Positions 10,246 through 19,928 of a stretch of 64,000 bases of DNA are shown in pieces. Both the position numbers and the translations under genes were made by a program. Origin of the DNA: a candidate division WOR-3 bacterium (GTDB taxonomy: Bacteria; SDB-A); contig JAFGSQ010000024.1 of the NCBI GenBank assembly GCA_016934535.1, positions 41,503-105,502 on the forward strand, written 5' to 3'. The notes below the pieces were generated by a model. It was not told where the DNA came from, made no database searches, and saw only the letters and a list, made by a program, of their open reading frames with translations. The stretch's first letter is position 1; every line of letters starts with the position of its first letter.

Positions 10246-11492
10246 AAAAACTATTTTTCATCATTTGTCTGCTCACCGGGATTTCCTGTACAAACGGTTC
10301 TCGCGGCAGGGTCACAGTCACTTTCTGGCATGCCATGGGAGGTAGACTGGGAACGGTTCTCGACAGCCTCGTTGAGGATTTTAACAGCAGACACGCGGAA
10401 ATAAAAGTCGTCGCGTCTTCAGTCGGCAATTACGGCGCTCTCGCTCAGAAATTAATGGCTTCCGTTATGGCCGGTAAACCTCCGGTCATGGCTCAAAGTT
10501 ACGAGTCGTGGACCGACCAGTTCAGGCAAGCGGGTGCAATAGTCCCGTTTAACGCTTTTATTAATTCCGACGCCGGCTATTCGCAGAGTGAAATTGAAGA
10601 TTATTTCGCGCCCGTATGGATCAACAACACATGGGGAGACACTGTTTGGAGCATGCCGTTCAACAAAAGCCTTGGAGTCCTGTTTTACAATCTGGATTAT
10701 TTCGACTCTCTAGGCATTCCTTTTCCTTCAACATGGGAGGGACTACTCGGCGTCTGCTCTCTCTATACATCCCCAGAAGAAGGACGCTACGCTTTTGCCC
10801 TGCCTTCGAACACGTGGTTTTTTGAGACCGCCCTTTTTCAAAGAGGCGGAGCGCTTTTTGACGAAAGCACAGGTGCGGTCCTTTTCGACAACAGCACGTC
10901 GGTTGACCTTTTGTCACAACTCGTCCGGCTTCTCGACGACTCCGGGACTTGCTATCTGGGAACCGGATACGAGGGTCAGGACGAATTCGTAACGGGTAGA
11001 GCGCTCATGATGTGGGGAAGCGTGGTCTCGTATTCTTTCATGGCAAAAAAGGCGCCTTCTTTCAGAATCGGAATTTCAACACTTCCCCCTCCTTCCGGAG
11101 GCAATGACGTCAGCGTGATATCGGGAACCAACATAATAATATTTTCAGGAGCCTCCCCGGAACAACAAGTCGCTGCGTGGGAATTCATAAAATGGTTCAA
11201 TTCCCCTGAAGTCCAGGCGGTTTGGTCCGTAAACACAGGTTACATTCCAACCCGCGAAAGCTCGCTCGAAACAGACGAGATGAAAGCTTTCCTGTCGGAA
11301 ATTCACGGCGCCGAATCGGTTTACCGTAAAATGGCCTCTGCCGTGGCTGAACCAAAAACAGGCGCGTGGTTTTCCGGAAGGATATATCTGTCGCAGTCTA
11401 TTGAATACGCCCTGAGAGGAGTTGCTTCTCCCGAAAAGAGCCTTCGTACCGGTGCCGACAAGCTGAGACATGACCTTCTCGAGGATTTTTAG
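10242..11492 (+). CDS. ABC transporter substrate-binding lipoprotein (family 1, UgpB/sugar-like)
   Basis: Lipobox LTGISC; TFWHAMGG, SMPFNKS, SGTNIIIF and NTGYIPTR motifs. Confidence 0.88.
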   Translation: MKKLFFIICLLTGISCTNGSRGRVTVTFWHAMGGRLGTVLDSLVEDFNSRHAEIKVVASSVGNYGALAQKLMASVMAGKPPVMAQSYESWTDQFRQAGAIVPFNAFINSDAGYSQSEIEDYFAPVWINNTWGDTVWSMPFNKSLGVLFYNLDYFDSLGIPFPSTWEGLLGVCSLYTSPEEGRYAFALPSNTWFFETALFQRGGALFDESTGAVLFDNSTSVDLLSQLVRLLDDSGTCYLGTGYEGQDEFVTGRALMMWGSVVSYSFMAKKAPSFRIGISTLPPPSGGNDVSVISGTNIIIFSGASPEQQVAAWEFIKWFNSPEVQAVWSVNTGYIPTRESSLETDEMKAFLSEIHGAESVYRKMASAVAEPKTGAWFSGRIYLSQSIEYALRGVASPEKSLRTGADKLRHDLLEDF

Positions 11493-11509
11493 AGCTTAAC
11501 TGTTTCATT

Positions 11510-11537
11510 TTTACAGACGGCTAAATAATGATATAAT
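11510..11537 (+). promoter_or_regulatory. Promoter for tRNA-Leu/tig/clpP/clpX
   Basis: TTTACA (11510-11515), 16 nt spacer, TG-a-TATAAT (11532-11537), 10 nt before the tRNA 5' end. Confidence 0.65.
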
Positions 11538-11547
11538 TCATTTCTCT

Positions 11548-11629
11548 GCGAGAGTGGCGGAACTGGCAGACGCGCTGGACTTAGGATCCAGTCCTTTTCG
11601 GGGTAGGGGTTCGATTCCCCTCTCTCGCA
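11548..11629 (+). tRNA. tRNA-Leu (anticodon TAG); CCA not encoded
   Basis: Acceptor GCGAGAG/CTCTCGC with discriminator A; D arm GCG..CGC; anticodon arm CTGGA-CTTAGGA-TCCAG; long variable arm; T arm AGGGG-TTCGATT-CCCCT. Canonical position upstream of tig. Confidence 0.97.
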
Positions 11630-11656
11630 ATTGTTTGATCCATCTCTTTTTGAAAA

Positions 11657-12943
11657 ATGGAGGATATGTTGAAAGTTGTAGTTGAAAAAGCGTCTTCGGT
11701 TAAAAGAAACCTTCAAATCGAGGAATCTTCCGAAATAATAGACAGGGAAGAAAAAAAGATAATAGCCGAAATAGCAGCGAACAGGAGCTTCCCCGGCTTC
11801 AGAAAAGGAAAGGTTCCGCTGTCAATAGTCAGAAAAATGTTCGGTGACGACATAGCCGAGACGAGTCTTAACAGCGCCATAGAAAATCTGTCGCGCAATG
11901 CGATCGAGCAGGAGAATCTCAAACCCCTCGGCAGAATAGAAGAAAAAAACGTCAAAATCGAAAACGGCATGCTCAGTTTCACTATTACTTTTGAAGTCCT
12001 GCCGGAAATTGAAGAAGTCCCTCTTGAATCAATCGAAGTTGATAAACCTGTCTATTCGGCTTCCGAAATGCTTGTCAAGGAAAGACTAGACCTGATAAGA
12101 GAAAGATCTTCTTTTCTCTCATCCGTGGAAAGAGTTTCAAAAAAAGACGATTTCGTCCAGTGCGATTTTACAGTCCGGGATGAAAGCGGAGAAACGGTTT
12201 CCGAACTATCCTTCAAAGACAGAATGATAGGGCTTAACGAAAATGCCTTCTGGAAAGGTTTTTACGAAAATCTGACTGACAGAAAAAAGGGCGAAAATTT
12301 CACTTTTGAGTTCACTGTCCCGGAAGATGACTCTAAATACGGAGGGAAAAAACTGGTTTTCGGAGTCGAAATCAAAGAGATAAAAGAAAAAACTCTGCCC
12401 GAACTGGACGACGACCTCGCGAAAGAGTTTAATTATTCAGACATTGCTGAAATGAAAAACGACGTCGAAAAAAAACTTGAAGAGGATGTGGCAGTTAAAA
12501 GCGAGGCTGACTTCGAAAACAACATACTGAAAATCCTCGAGGAATCATATTCTTTTGAGGTTCCCTCAACTCTCGTCGAGAACGAGATCGAAAACATGCT
12601 GGACCTGCTGACAAAACATCTGAAAATCGACAAAAGCAGGGAAACCCTTCGGTCCGAAATAGAAGATTCGGCGAGAAAAAGAGCGAAACAAAACATAATC
12701 CTCGATCATTTGTCAGAAAAACACGGCATAGAAATTCCTGACGAAGAACTGAGGGAAAACCTGATAATGGCTATATCAAATGAAGTCGGTTACGATAAAT
12801 TGAGCAGACCGGCAATCAAGAACAAACTCGACGATCCGGAATTTGTCAAAGACGTATACTGGAAAGTCAAGAGAAGAAAAACGCTCGAAAAAATAAAAGA
12901 ACTAATAACGGTCAAGGAGGTTCGCGAAAATGAACCGGAATGA
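11657..12943 (+). CDS. tig: Trigger factor
   Basis: PGFRKGKVP signature, FKBP-like middle domain, [10 protein letters not shown]; sits in the tig-clpP-clpX context. Confidence 0.93.
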   Translation: MEDMLKVVVEKASSVKRNLQIEESSEIIDREEKKIIAEIAANRSFPGFRKGKVPLSIVRKMFGDDIAETSLNSAIENLSRNAIEQENLKPLGRIEEKNVKIENGMLSFTITFEVLPEIEEVPLESIEVDKPVYSASEMLVKERLDLIRERSSFLSSVERVSKKDDFVQCDFTVRDESGETVSELSFKDRMIGLNENAFWKGFYENLTDRKKGENFTFEFTVPEDDSKYGGKKLVFGVEIKEIKEKTLPELDDDLAKEFNYSDIAEMKNDVEKKLEEDVAVKSEADFENNILKILEESYSFEVPSTLVENEIENMLDLLTKHLKIDKSRETLRSEIEDSARKRAKQNIILDHLSEKHGIEIPDEELRENLIMAISNEVGYDKLSRPAIKNKLDDPEFVKDVYWKVKRRKTLEKIKELITVKEVRENEPE

Positions 12944-13580
12944 AAACCAATCATATGTCATCCCCCTTGTCATAGAAAGGACTTCGAGAGGAGAACAGGC
13001 TTACGACATATACTCGCGCCTTCTCAAAGACAGAATAATATTCATAGGATCCCCCATTGATGACAACGTGGCGAACGCAGTGGTCGCTCAGCTTTTGTTT
13101 CTCGAAGCCGACGATCCTGAAAAAGACATAAATCTCTACATAAATTCCCCCGGAGGCAACATCTCCTCGGGGCTTGCCATCTACGACACGATGAGATTCA
13201 TAAAACCCGACATTTCAACAACTTGCCTTGGACAGGCTACGAGTATGGCTGCGGTTCTGCTTGCTACAGGCAAAAAAGGCAAAAGGTACGCCCTTCCTCA
13301 TTCAAGAATAATGATACATCAGCCGTGGGGCGGTGTTCAGGGACAGGCGGTGGATATTGAGATCGAAGCGAGAGAGATACTGAAACTCAGAAAAGAACTC
13401 GAAAACATCCTCTCCTATCACACCGGACAGCCTAAGGAAAAAATATCCGTTGATTCGGACAGAAATTACTGGATGAACGCCGAAGAAGCCAAAGATTACG
13501 GCATCGTCGACGAAGTGATCCTCTCAAGAGCAAAAGAACTCGAGAACAATAAAGAGCCCAAAGATGAAAAAGAGGGTTAA
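12930..13580 (+). CDS. clpP: ATP-dependent Clp protease proteolytic subunit
   Basis: [23 protein letters not shown] (Ser) and IMIHQP (His). The third triad position reads DSDRNY, i.e. Asn. Confidence 0.97.
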   Translation: MNRNENQSYVIPLVIERTSRGEQAYDIYSRLLKDRIIFIGSPIDDNVANAVVAQLLFLEADDPEKDINLYINSPGGNISSGLAIYDTMRFIKPDISTTCLGQATSMAAVLLATGKKGKRYALPHSRIMIHQPWGGVQGQAVDIEIEAREILKLRKELENILSYHTGQPKEKISVDSDRNYWMNAEEAKDYGIVDEVILSRAKELENNKEPKDEKEG

Positions 13581-14850
13581 AGACGATTTCGGCAAGACAT
13601 GTTCTTTCTGCAATTCCAGAGAGAACATAGGAAATTACCTGATTCACGGAAAGAACGCTTACATTTGCGTAAATTGCGTAAAACTTCTGTACGAATCTAT
13701 TTTTAAAGCCCGTGAAAAACAGCCCGCGTTCGGCGCGGGGCACATCGAATTACCGCTTCCGGCAGAAATAAAATCCCAACTGGATGAATATGTAATAGGT
13801 CAGGACTACGCCAAGAAAGTAATTTCAGTCGCGGTTTACAACCATTACAAAAGAATAGTCAGCGCAATGCGAGAGTCGGAAGTGGAAATCGAGAAAAGCA
13901 ACATAATACTTATAGGACCGACAGGTTCCGGAAAAACACTCATAGCTAAAACCCTCGCCAACATCCTACATGTCCCATTCGCCATTTCCGACGCAACAAC
14001 CCTGACGGAAGCGGGTTACGTGGGAGAAGACGTAGAAAATGTCATAACAAGACTCCTTCAAGCCTGCGACTACAACATCGGCGAAGCTGAAAAAGGCATC
14101 GTCTACATAGACGAAATAGATAAAATCAGCAGACTCAGCGAAAACAGATCAATAACCAGGGACGTGTCTGGAGAAGGCGTACAGCAGGCACTTCTGAGAC
14201 TTGTAGAAGGGACCATAGCCAATATCCCGCCGTACGGAGGAAGAAAGCATCCCGAACAGCAGTTCCTTCCTGTCAATACTTCCAATGTCCTTTTTATATG
14301 CGGAGGTACTTTTGACGGAATTGAAGGAATAATTGAAAAGCACATGGGTAAAAACACTCTTGGTTTTATGAAAAACAAACAAAGTTCCGGATTCTCTCAC
14401 GAGATCTACCCGGACGCTTCAAATTCCCTCGGCGCGAGAGCTTTCGTAGAACAGGACGACTTAGTCAAATACGGAATGATACCTGAATTTGTAGGAAGAT
14501 TTCCAATAATAGCGCCTCTTCAGGACCTCGACAAGGAAACCATGAAAAAGATACTGCTCGAACCAAAAAACGCCGTCTTGAAACAGTACAAAGAACTCGC
14601 AAAAATCGAAAACGTGGAACTTTCTTTCACGGACGACGCAATTGAGGAGGTCTGCGACATGGCCGTAAAAAAGAAAATAGGAGCCAGAGGTCTTAGATCG
14701 ATAATTGAACAGACCATGCTCGATATAATGTTCGATATTCCAAACCTTAAAAAAAACAAAAATCTGAAAAGATGCCTGATAACTAAAGACGTACTGACAA
14801 AGAAAACCGCTCCCGTGTATTCTTTCACCAGAAAGGCTTCTTCTCAGTGA
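13564..14850 (+). CDS. clpX: ATP-dependent Clp protease ATP-binding subunit
   Basis: CSFC..CxxC zinc finger, [30 protein letters not shown] loop and GARGLR. Confidence 0.97.
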   Translation: MKKRVKDDFGKTCSFCNSRENIGNYLIHGKNAYICVNCVKLLYESIFKAREKQPAFGAGHIELPLPAEIKSQLDEYVIGQDYAKKVISVAVYNHYKRIVSAMRESEVEIEKSNIILIGPTGSGKTLIAKTLANILHVPFAISDATTLTEAGYVGEDVENVITRLLQACDYNIGEAEKGIVYIDEIDKISRLSENRSITRDVSGEGVQQALLRLVEGTIANIPPYGGRKHPEQQFLPVNTSNVLFICGGTFDGIEGIIEKHMGKNTLGFMKNKQSSGFSHEIYPDASNSLGARAFVEQDDLVKYGMIPEFVGRFPIIAPLQDLDKETMKKILLEPKNAVLKQYKELAKIENVELSFTDDAIEEVCDMAVKKKIGARGLRSIIEQTMLDIMFDIPNLKKNKNLKRCLITKDVLTKKTAPVYSFTRKASSQ

Positions 14851-14878
14851 AAAAAAAACCGGCAACTCTTTTCCTGCA

Positions 14879-16327
14879 ATGAAAAAATCATTTACAAGAA
14901 AAACGGCATACCTTCCTTTCGCTCTCAGAGTAACGCTTTACGTGAAAAAACACCTTACTCCAAACCGCGCTCTTCTGTCCGGCTTCGTTTTTTTTATCTT
15001 TCTGGGAGCTTTCCTCCTCAGCTTCCCGTTTTCTCACTTCGGTGACGGAACTTCTTTCATCAATTGTGTCTTCACTTCCACATCCGCGCTTTGCGTAACA
15101 GGACTGATAGTCGAGGACACCGCAGTCAAATGGACCCTTTTCGGAAAAACAGTAATTTTACTACTCATTCAGATCGGAGCTCTCGGTTACATGACTTTCG
15201 CCAGTTTTTTGATTATTTCACTCGGAGGCAAAGTTACGGTTTATCCAAGACTGATAATGAAAGAATCCCTTGCCAGTCAAAACATATACGGACTCGGAAG
15301 ATTTTCTAAAAGAGTAATCCTCATCACTTTGTTTTTCGAATTCCTTGGAACCCTCGCTCTCTCATTCGTGTTTGTCCCAAAATTCGGATTCGTTCGAGGC
15401 TTGGGTCACGCTCTTTTTCAAAGTGTCAGCGCTTTCTGCAATGCCGGATTCTCTTCTTTTTCAGACAGTCTCGTAGGATTCAGGGCAAACCCGGCTGTTG
15501 TTTTCACCGTTTCCGCCCTGGTGATTGCAGGAGGCGTCGGCTTTGTCGTGCTTCTCGACCTCAAAAAATATTTATATCTTAAGTTCATGAAACTGTTTTC
15601 AAGAAATGATAAACTTCCCAGACCGGTTCTTATTCCATACACGAAACTCATTCTTTTTGCTTACGTCGTCATGATTGCCGTTCCTTTTATTTTTTTCTTT
15701 CTTCAGGAATTCTGGATCAGCCAATTCTCCTTTTCTGAAAGGTTTCTTTCGGCATTTTTCCAATCTGTCACACCCAGGACCGCGGGTTTCAATTCGATCG
15801 AACTGAACATATTTTCGAACACTTCACTTATCATAATCATGTTGCTCATGTTCGTGGGCACCGGTTCAGGAAGTACCGGCGGCGGTGTAAAAATTTCAAC
15901 AGTCGCTTTGGCTATCTCCACGTTGATAGCTTCTCTTCAGGGACGTGAAAAAATTTCAATAATGAAAAGAAACATACCTTCCGTTCAGATATTCAGGGCT
16001 TTTTCCCTGATCACTCTGTCTATTCTCTGGATAATCATTATTTTTATTTTGATACAGCTTTTCAATCCGAGTTTCTCGAGCGAAAGAATCATTTACAAAC
16101 TGGTGTTCGAGATAATTTCAGCTTTTGGAACCGTAGGTTTGTCACTCGGATCAAAAATTTATCCCACTTGCTCTTTTTCGGCTGATCTCTCCGGTGTGGG
16201 TAAGCTATTTCTAGTGGCGACAATGATAATGGGCAGACTCGGTCCTCTGACTTTCGGAGCCGCTCTCGTCAAAAGAACGAAATCGAAGAACATAAATTTC
16301 GTTAAAGGATTCATGCCGATAGGCTGA
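14879..16327 (+). CDS. TrkH/KtrB potassium uptake membrane subunit
   Basis: Four pore-loop motifs: SALCVTGL, SAFCNAGF, TPRTAGF and SAFGTVGL. Confidence 0.92.
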   Translation: MKKSFTRKTAYLPFALRVTLYVKKHLTPNRALLSGFVFFIFLGAFLLSFPFSHFGDGTSFINCVFTSTSALCVTGLIVEDTAVKWTLFGKTVILLLIQIGALGYMTFASFLIISLGGKVTVYPRLIMKESLASQNIYGLGRFSKRVILITLFFEFLGTLALSFVFVPKFGFVRGLGHALFQSVSAFCNAGFSSFSDSLVGFRANPAVVFTVSALVIAGGVGFVVLLDLKKYLYLKFMKLFSRNDKLPRPVLIPYTKLILFAYVVMIAVPFIFFFLQEFWISQFSFSERFLSAFFQSVTPRTAGFNSIELNIFSNTSLIIIMLLMFVGTGSGSTGGGVKISTVALAISTLIASLQGREKISIMKRNIPSVQIFRAFSLITLSILWIIIIFILIQLFNPSFSSERIIYKLVFEIISAFGTVGLSLGSKIYPTCSFSADLSGVGKLFLVATMIMGRLGPLTFGAALVKRTKSKNINFVKGFMPIG

Positions 16328-16395
16328 ACCGGATTTTTTATCTATCAAAAAATTATGTGTTGAAATTGATATATCTTGCTATTAGAATAGACGCT

Positions 16396-17064
16396 ATGGA
16401 TAATGCAGGGAATTACAAGTATTTCGGTGTAATTGGAATAGGGCGTTTCGGATTTTCAATTGCCGAAAGCCTTGTTCGCAATGGCGCGAGGGTTATCGCT
16501 CTCGACAAAAGCGAGGAATCGTTGACTCCTCTTCAGAATCTCGCCGAAGCCGTAGTCATCGGCGACGCCACCGACCAGAAAACGCTCATGGAATCGGGAT
16601 TTCAATACACGGACATAGTCATCGTCAGTTTCGCGCAGGAACTGGCCACCAGCATTTTAACGACCATGCTTTTGAAAGAAATTGGCGTCAAAAAAATAAT
16701 CGCAAAAGCAAGAAACTTCACTCACGAAAAAATACTCAAGAAAATCGGTGCCGACGAAGTGGTTCTTCCGGAAATAGATTCCGGCCGGAGACTCGCGAAC
16801 AAACTATCATCTCCGGGTTTTCAGGAGATCATAGAATTCACTCCGGGTTACTCCATTGTAGACGTAAGGACACCTAAATCTTTCATCGGCAAAACCATAA
16901 AAGAACTAGGTCTTCGAAACAATTACAACGTCAATGTCCTGGCGGTCAAAAAACCCGACAAATCGACAAACATTTCGCCGGATCCCGAAACCGTCTTCGA
17001 TAAAAACGATACCGTGACGCTTTTGGGCAAGGACGAAGATTTACAGAGCTTCTCGAGGATATAA
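16396..17064 (+). CDS. TrkA/KtrA RCK regulatory subunit
   Basis: VIGIGRFG Rossmann motif, GDAT and RCK_C domain. I prefer ATG 16396 to the track start at 16357. Confidence 0.92.
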   Translation: MDNAGNYKYFGVIGIGRFGFSIAESLVRNGARVIALDKSEESLTPLQNLAEAVVIGDATDQKTLMESGFQYTDIVIVSFAQELATSILTTMLLKEIGVKKIIAKARNFTHEKILKKIGADEVVLPEIDSGRRLANKLSSPGFQEIIEFTPGYSIVDVRTPKSFIGKTIKELGLRNNYNVNVLAVKKPDKSTNISPDPETVFDKNDTVTLLGKDEDLQSFSRI

Positions 17065-18536
17065 TGCCGAAAACAAACAAAGTTCTTGTTGTAGACGACG
17101 AAGAAACACTGGCATCTTTCCTTTCAAAGATAATCGAAAACGACCCTCTTCTCGATTGCCAGGTCAAAACCGTCTTTACGGGAGAAGACGCTCTTGAAGT
17201 GATAAAAACATTCAAACCCGATATAGTCGTTTGCGACATAAAACTTCCTAAAATGAACGGTATAGAAGTCCTTTCAAAAGCCAAATCAATAGATCCCCAG
17301 ATTTATTTTGTCATGATGACGGGTTTCACGTCAGTGGATTCAGCCATTGCTTCCCTCCGGGAAGGAGCTTACGATTACATAAACAAACCTTTCGACGCAA
17401 ACGAAATGAAAGTCGTTGTCAGAAACGCCCTCGATCAGCGAAGATTCAAGGCCGAAAAAGAATGGCTCCTGAAGGAACTGCAGGAACGCAACGAAACACT
17501 GGTCAGGCAGAAGAATCTTCTCGAAACAAATCTCGAAATCAGAATAGAAGAGCTGAATAAACTACAGAAACTCTCCAACATCCTCAGTGAAAGCTTCGGT
17601 ATCGCTTCGCTGATAAAGGTCATTCCTAAAATCCTCGCCATGACCCTAGACGCCGACGGAGCTTTTCTTTCCTGGTTCAGTGAATTCGACAACACTCTGA
17701 CGGTCAGAAACGCCCATCAAACCGAAGAAGCGTTCCCAAAAGGCATGAATCTGGACCTTTCTTCTCCTCCTTTCGACATCATTTTTAAGGAAAAACAGTC
17801 CCCCGTGGTTGTTTTTGACTACTCTCCCGGATCCGGCAGAAAAATTTCAGTTCTCGCCGTCGCTCAGCTTCTTGGCGCGGACAAACCCTTCGGACTCGTC
17901 GGCGTCTTATACAACGAAAAGAAGGTCGATACGGACATGAAATTTATTTCTCTCGTATCCACGGCATCGAGCATTATATCTCTCTCAATAAAGAATTCTC
18001 AGTTCTTTGAGACGATCAAGAAAAAAGATCTCGAAATCATGTCCTTTGTTCTGTCGCTGACGGAGACTTTCGGCATCAGTAAAAACTTTCAGCAGAAATC
18101 GGCAAACATTGCCGTAGACATAGCGCGAGAACTTTCGGTCGACGAAAAATGTCTCCGTCAGCTCAGATACGCAACGCTTTTCATGCTGTTCGGCATTTCC
18201 ATTCCGGGTCTTTCAAATCTCAATCAGGCGACAGACAAATTAATAGGCCTGATATCCAATCTTGAATTTCTGTCCGAACCTCTCAGCTACATACTTCTCT
18301 GCCAGGAAAACTTCGACGGAACCGGAAAAAATAAAATTAAAGGGAGTTCCATACCGGAGACTGGAAGAATATTGCGTGTGGTTTCCGATTTCGTCCTCTA
18401 CATGAAAAGATACACTATGGAAAAATCAATTTCGGCAATCAAAGACGGTGCCGGAAGATTTTACGACCCGAAAATTGTAAACATGTTCGTATCGCAAATA
18501 TCCAATACAAAGTTATCCGAAAATCTCAATGCATAA
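17064..18536 (+). CDS. Response regulator: REC, coiled coil, GAF-like and degenerate HD-GYP domains
   Basis: VVDDE, CDIKLPKMNG and KPF receiver motifs. The C-terminal ENFDGTG..KGSSIPETGRIL..GRFYDPKIV is an HD-GYP-like scaffold lacking HD and GYP. Confidence 0.8.
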   Translation: MPKTNKVLVVDDEETLASFLSKIIENDPLLDCQVKTVFTGEDALEVIKTFKPDIVVCDIKLPKMNGIEVLSKAKSIDPQIYFVMMTGFTSVDSAIASLREGAYDYINKPFDANEMKVVVRNALDQRRFKAEKEWLLKELQERNETLVRQKNLLETNLEIRIEELNKLQKLSNILSESFGIASLIKVIPKILAMTLDADGAFLSWFSEFDNTLTVRNAHQTEEAFPKGMNLDLSSPPFDIIFKEKQSPVVVFDYSPGSGRKISVLAVAQLLGADKPFGLVGVLYNEKKVDTDMKFISLVSTASSIISLSIKNSQFFETIKKKDLEIMSFVLSLTETFGISKNFQQKSANIAVDIARELSVDEKCLRQLRYATLFMLFGISIPGLSNLNQATDKLIGLISNLEFLSEPLSYILLCQENFDGTGKNKIKGSSIPETGRILRVVSDFVLYMKRYTMEKSISAIKDGAGRFYDPKIVNMFVSQISNTKLSENLNA

Positions 18537-19368
18537 AAAAATCAGGGAACCATCCGTCGCCGGCCAGTTTTACCCTGGTGACAAACCGTCGCTGGAAAAA
18601 ACTCTCTCCGAGATTTTCTCCGGCGCAGGCTCCTCCAGACAAAAGGGCAAAGTTTTGGGTCTCGTCCTGCCGCACGCGGGTTATCCTTTTTCAGGTTCGA
18701 CAACGGCCAAGGCAGTAGACGAGATAAATCCCAAGGAATACAAAAATCCTTCCGTTATCATTCTCGCTCCTTGCCACCGATTCGCATCCAAAAAAGCTTC
18801 CGTGTTCAGCTCCGGCTCGTGGAAAACTCCGTTAGGTCTGGTATCCGTGGACGAAACGCTCGCTCAATCTCTTCTGGAAAACGCTTCAATTTTTGACGAC
18901 AGTGAACTCCCGCATCTTACCGAACACAGCATAGAAGTCCAATTGCCTTTTTTTCAGCACATATTTAAAAATCAATTCAGCTTGGTTCCTGTCGCCGTTG
19001 GTAATCAATCTCCTGAATTCTGCGCGGCTTTAGGTGAAACGTTGCAGCCTTTCGCCGGAGAGGACAGAATATTGGTAGCCAGCAGTGACCTTTATCACGG
19101 CTATTCGCTTTCTGAATGCCTGAACAGCGATTCAGAACTGATCCAGGCAATTTCAGAATACAATCTGACTCTCGTCTCTGAAATACTGGCGAGGGGCACA
19201 AAAGCTTCCGAGCACGCCGGTTGCGGCATAGGCCCGATTTTAGCTGTGATGAAAGCTCTCGAAAGCTCAAAACAAGAGATATTTCTTGCCGGAAAGGCAA
19301 ATTCGGCAGAATCGCCTTTTTCTTCGGCGGGATACGTCGTCGGCTACTCCTCTTTTGTAATAAAATGA
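18529..19368 (+). CDS. amrB: AmmeMemoRadiSam system protein B (MEMO1 family)
   Basis: IREPSVAGQFYP, PHAGY, APCH, EHSIEVQLPF, SSDLYH, GCG and VVGY motifs. Confidence 0.9.
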   Translation: MHKKIREPSVAGQFYPGDKPSLEKTLSEIFSGAGSSRQKGKVLGLVLPHAGYPFSGSTTAKAVDEINPKEYKNPSVIILAPCHRFASKKASVFSSGSWKTPLGLVSVDETLAQSLLENASIFDDSELPHLTEHSIEVQLPFFQHIFKNQFSLVPVAVGNQSPEFCAALGETLQPFAGEDRILVASSDLYHGYSLSECLNSDSELIQAISEYNLTLVSEILARGTKASEHAGCGIGPILAVMKALESSKQEIFLAGKANSAESPFSSAGYVVGYSSFVIK

Positions 19369-19928
19369 ACGAATACAGTTTTCTCTGTTCCAAAGAACAG
19401 ACAATTCTTCTGAAAGCGGCGAGAGCCACGCTGGAAGCTTCCGCGCAGGGTGAATCAATACCCGCCTTTCCCGAACCGTTGGGGGAGCTTTCTGAAAAGA
19501 GGGGCATTTTCGTCACTTTACGCAAAAATGGCGAACTCAGGGGCTGTATAGGATACGTAATCGGCGTCGCTCCTCTCAATAAGGCAGTTGTTGAAATGAC
19601 TTTGGCAGCATCGCGGGAAGACCCCAGATTTCATCCTGTTACTAAAGAGGAGACAGACTCCATTGAAATTGAAATATCAGTTTTGACCCCGCCTGAAATA
19701 ATCTCAGACCCCGGCGATGTGACTGTCGGCAAAGACGGATTGATAATAAAAAAAGGACTTCGTCAGGGGCTGCTTCTCCCTCAAGTAGCCGTAGAATGGT
19801 GCTGGGACAGAGAAACCTTCCTCGATCACGCCTGTATGAAAGCCGGACTCCCTGCCAAATCATGGAAATCTCCCGGCGTCGAAATTTTCAAATTCAGCGC
19901 TCAGGTTTTCAGTGAATCCGGTAATTGA
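19365..19928 (+). CDS. amrA: AmmeMemoRadiSam system protein A (AMMECR1 family)
   Basis: GIFVTL..LRGCIG, DPRF, EISVL, GLLLPQVA and CMKAG. ATG 19365 overlaps the amrB stop (ATGA). Confidence 0.92.
   Translation: MNEYSFLCSKEQTILLKAARATLEASAQGESIPAFPEPLGELSEKRGIFVTLRKNGELRGCIGYVIGVAPLNKAVVEMTLAASREDPRFHPVTKEETDSIEIEISVLTPPEIISDPGDVTVGKDGLIIKKGLRQGLLLPQVAVEWCWDRETFLDHACMKAGLPAKSWKSPGVEIFKFSAQVFSESGN

Noticed and set aside
19909-19928. Functional antisense overlap between amrA and the GT39-like gene
   Set aside because: A 20-nt convergent 3' overlap is common in compact genomes, with no further evidence.
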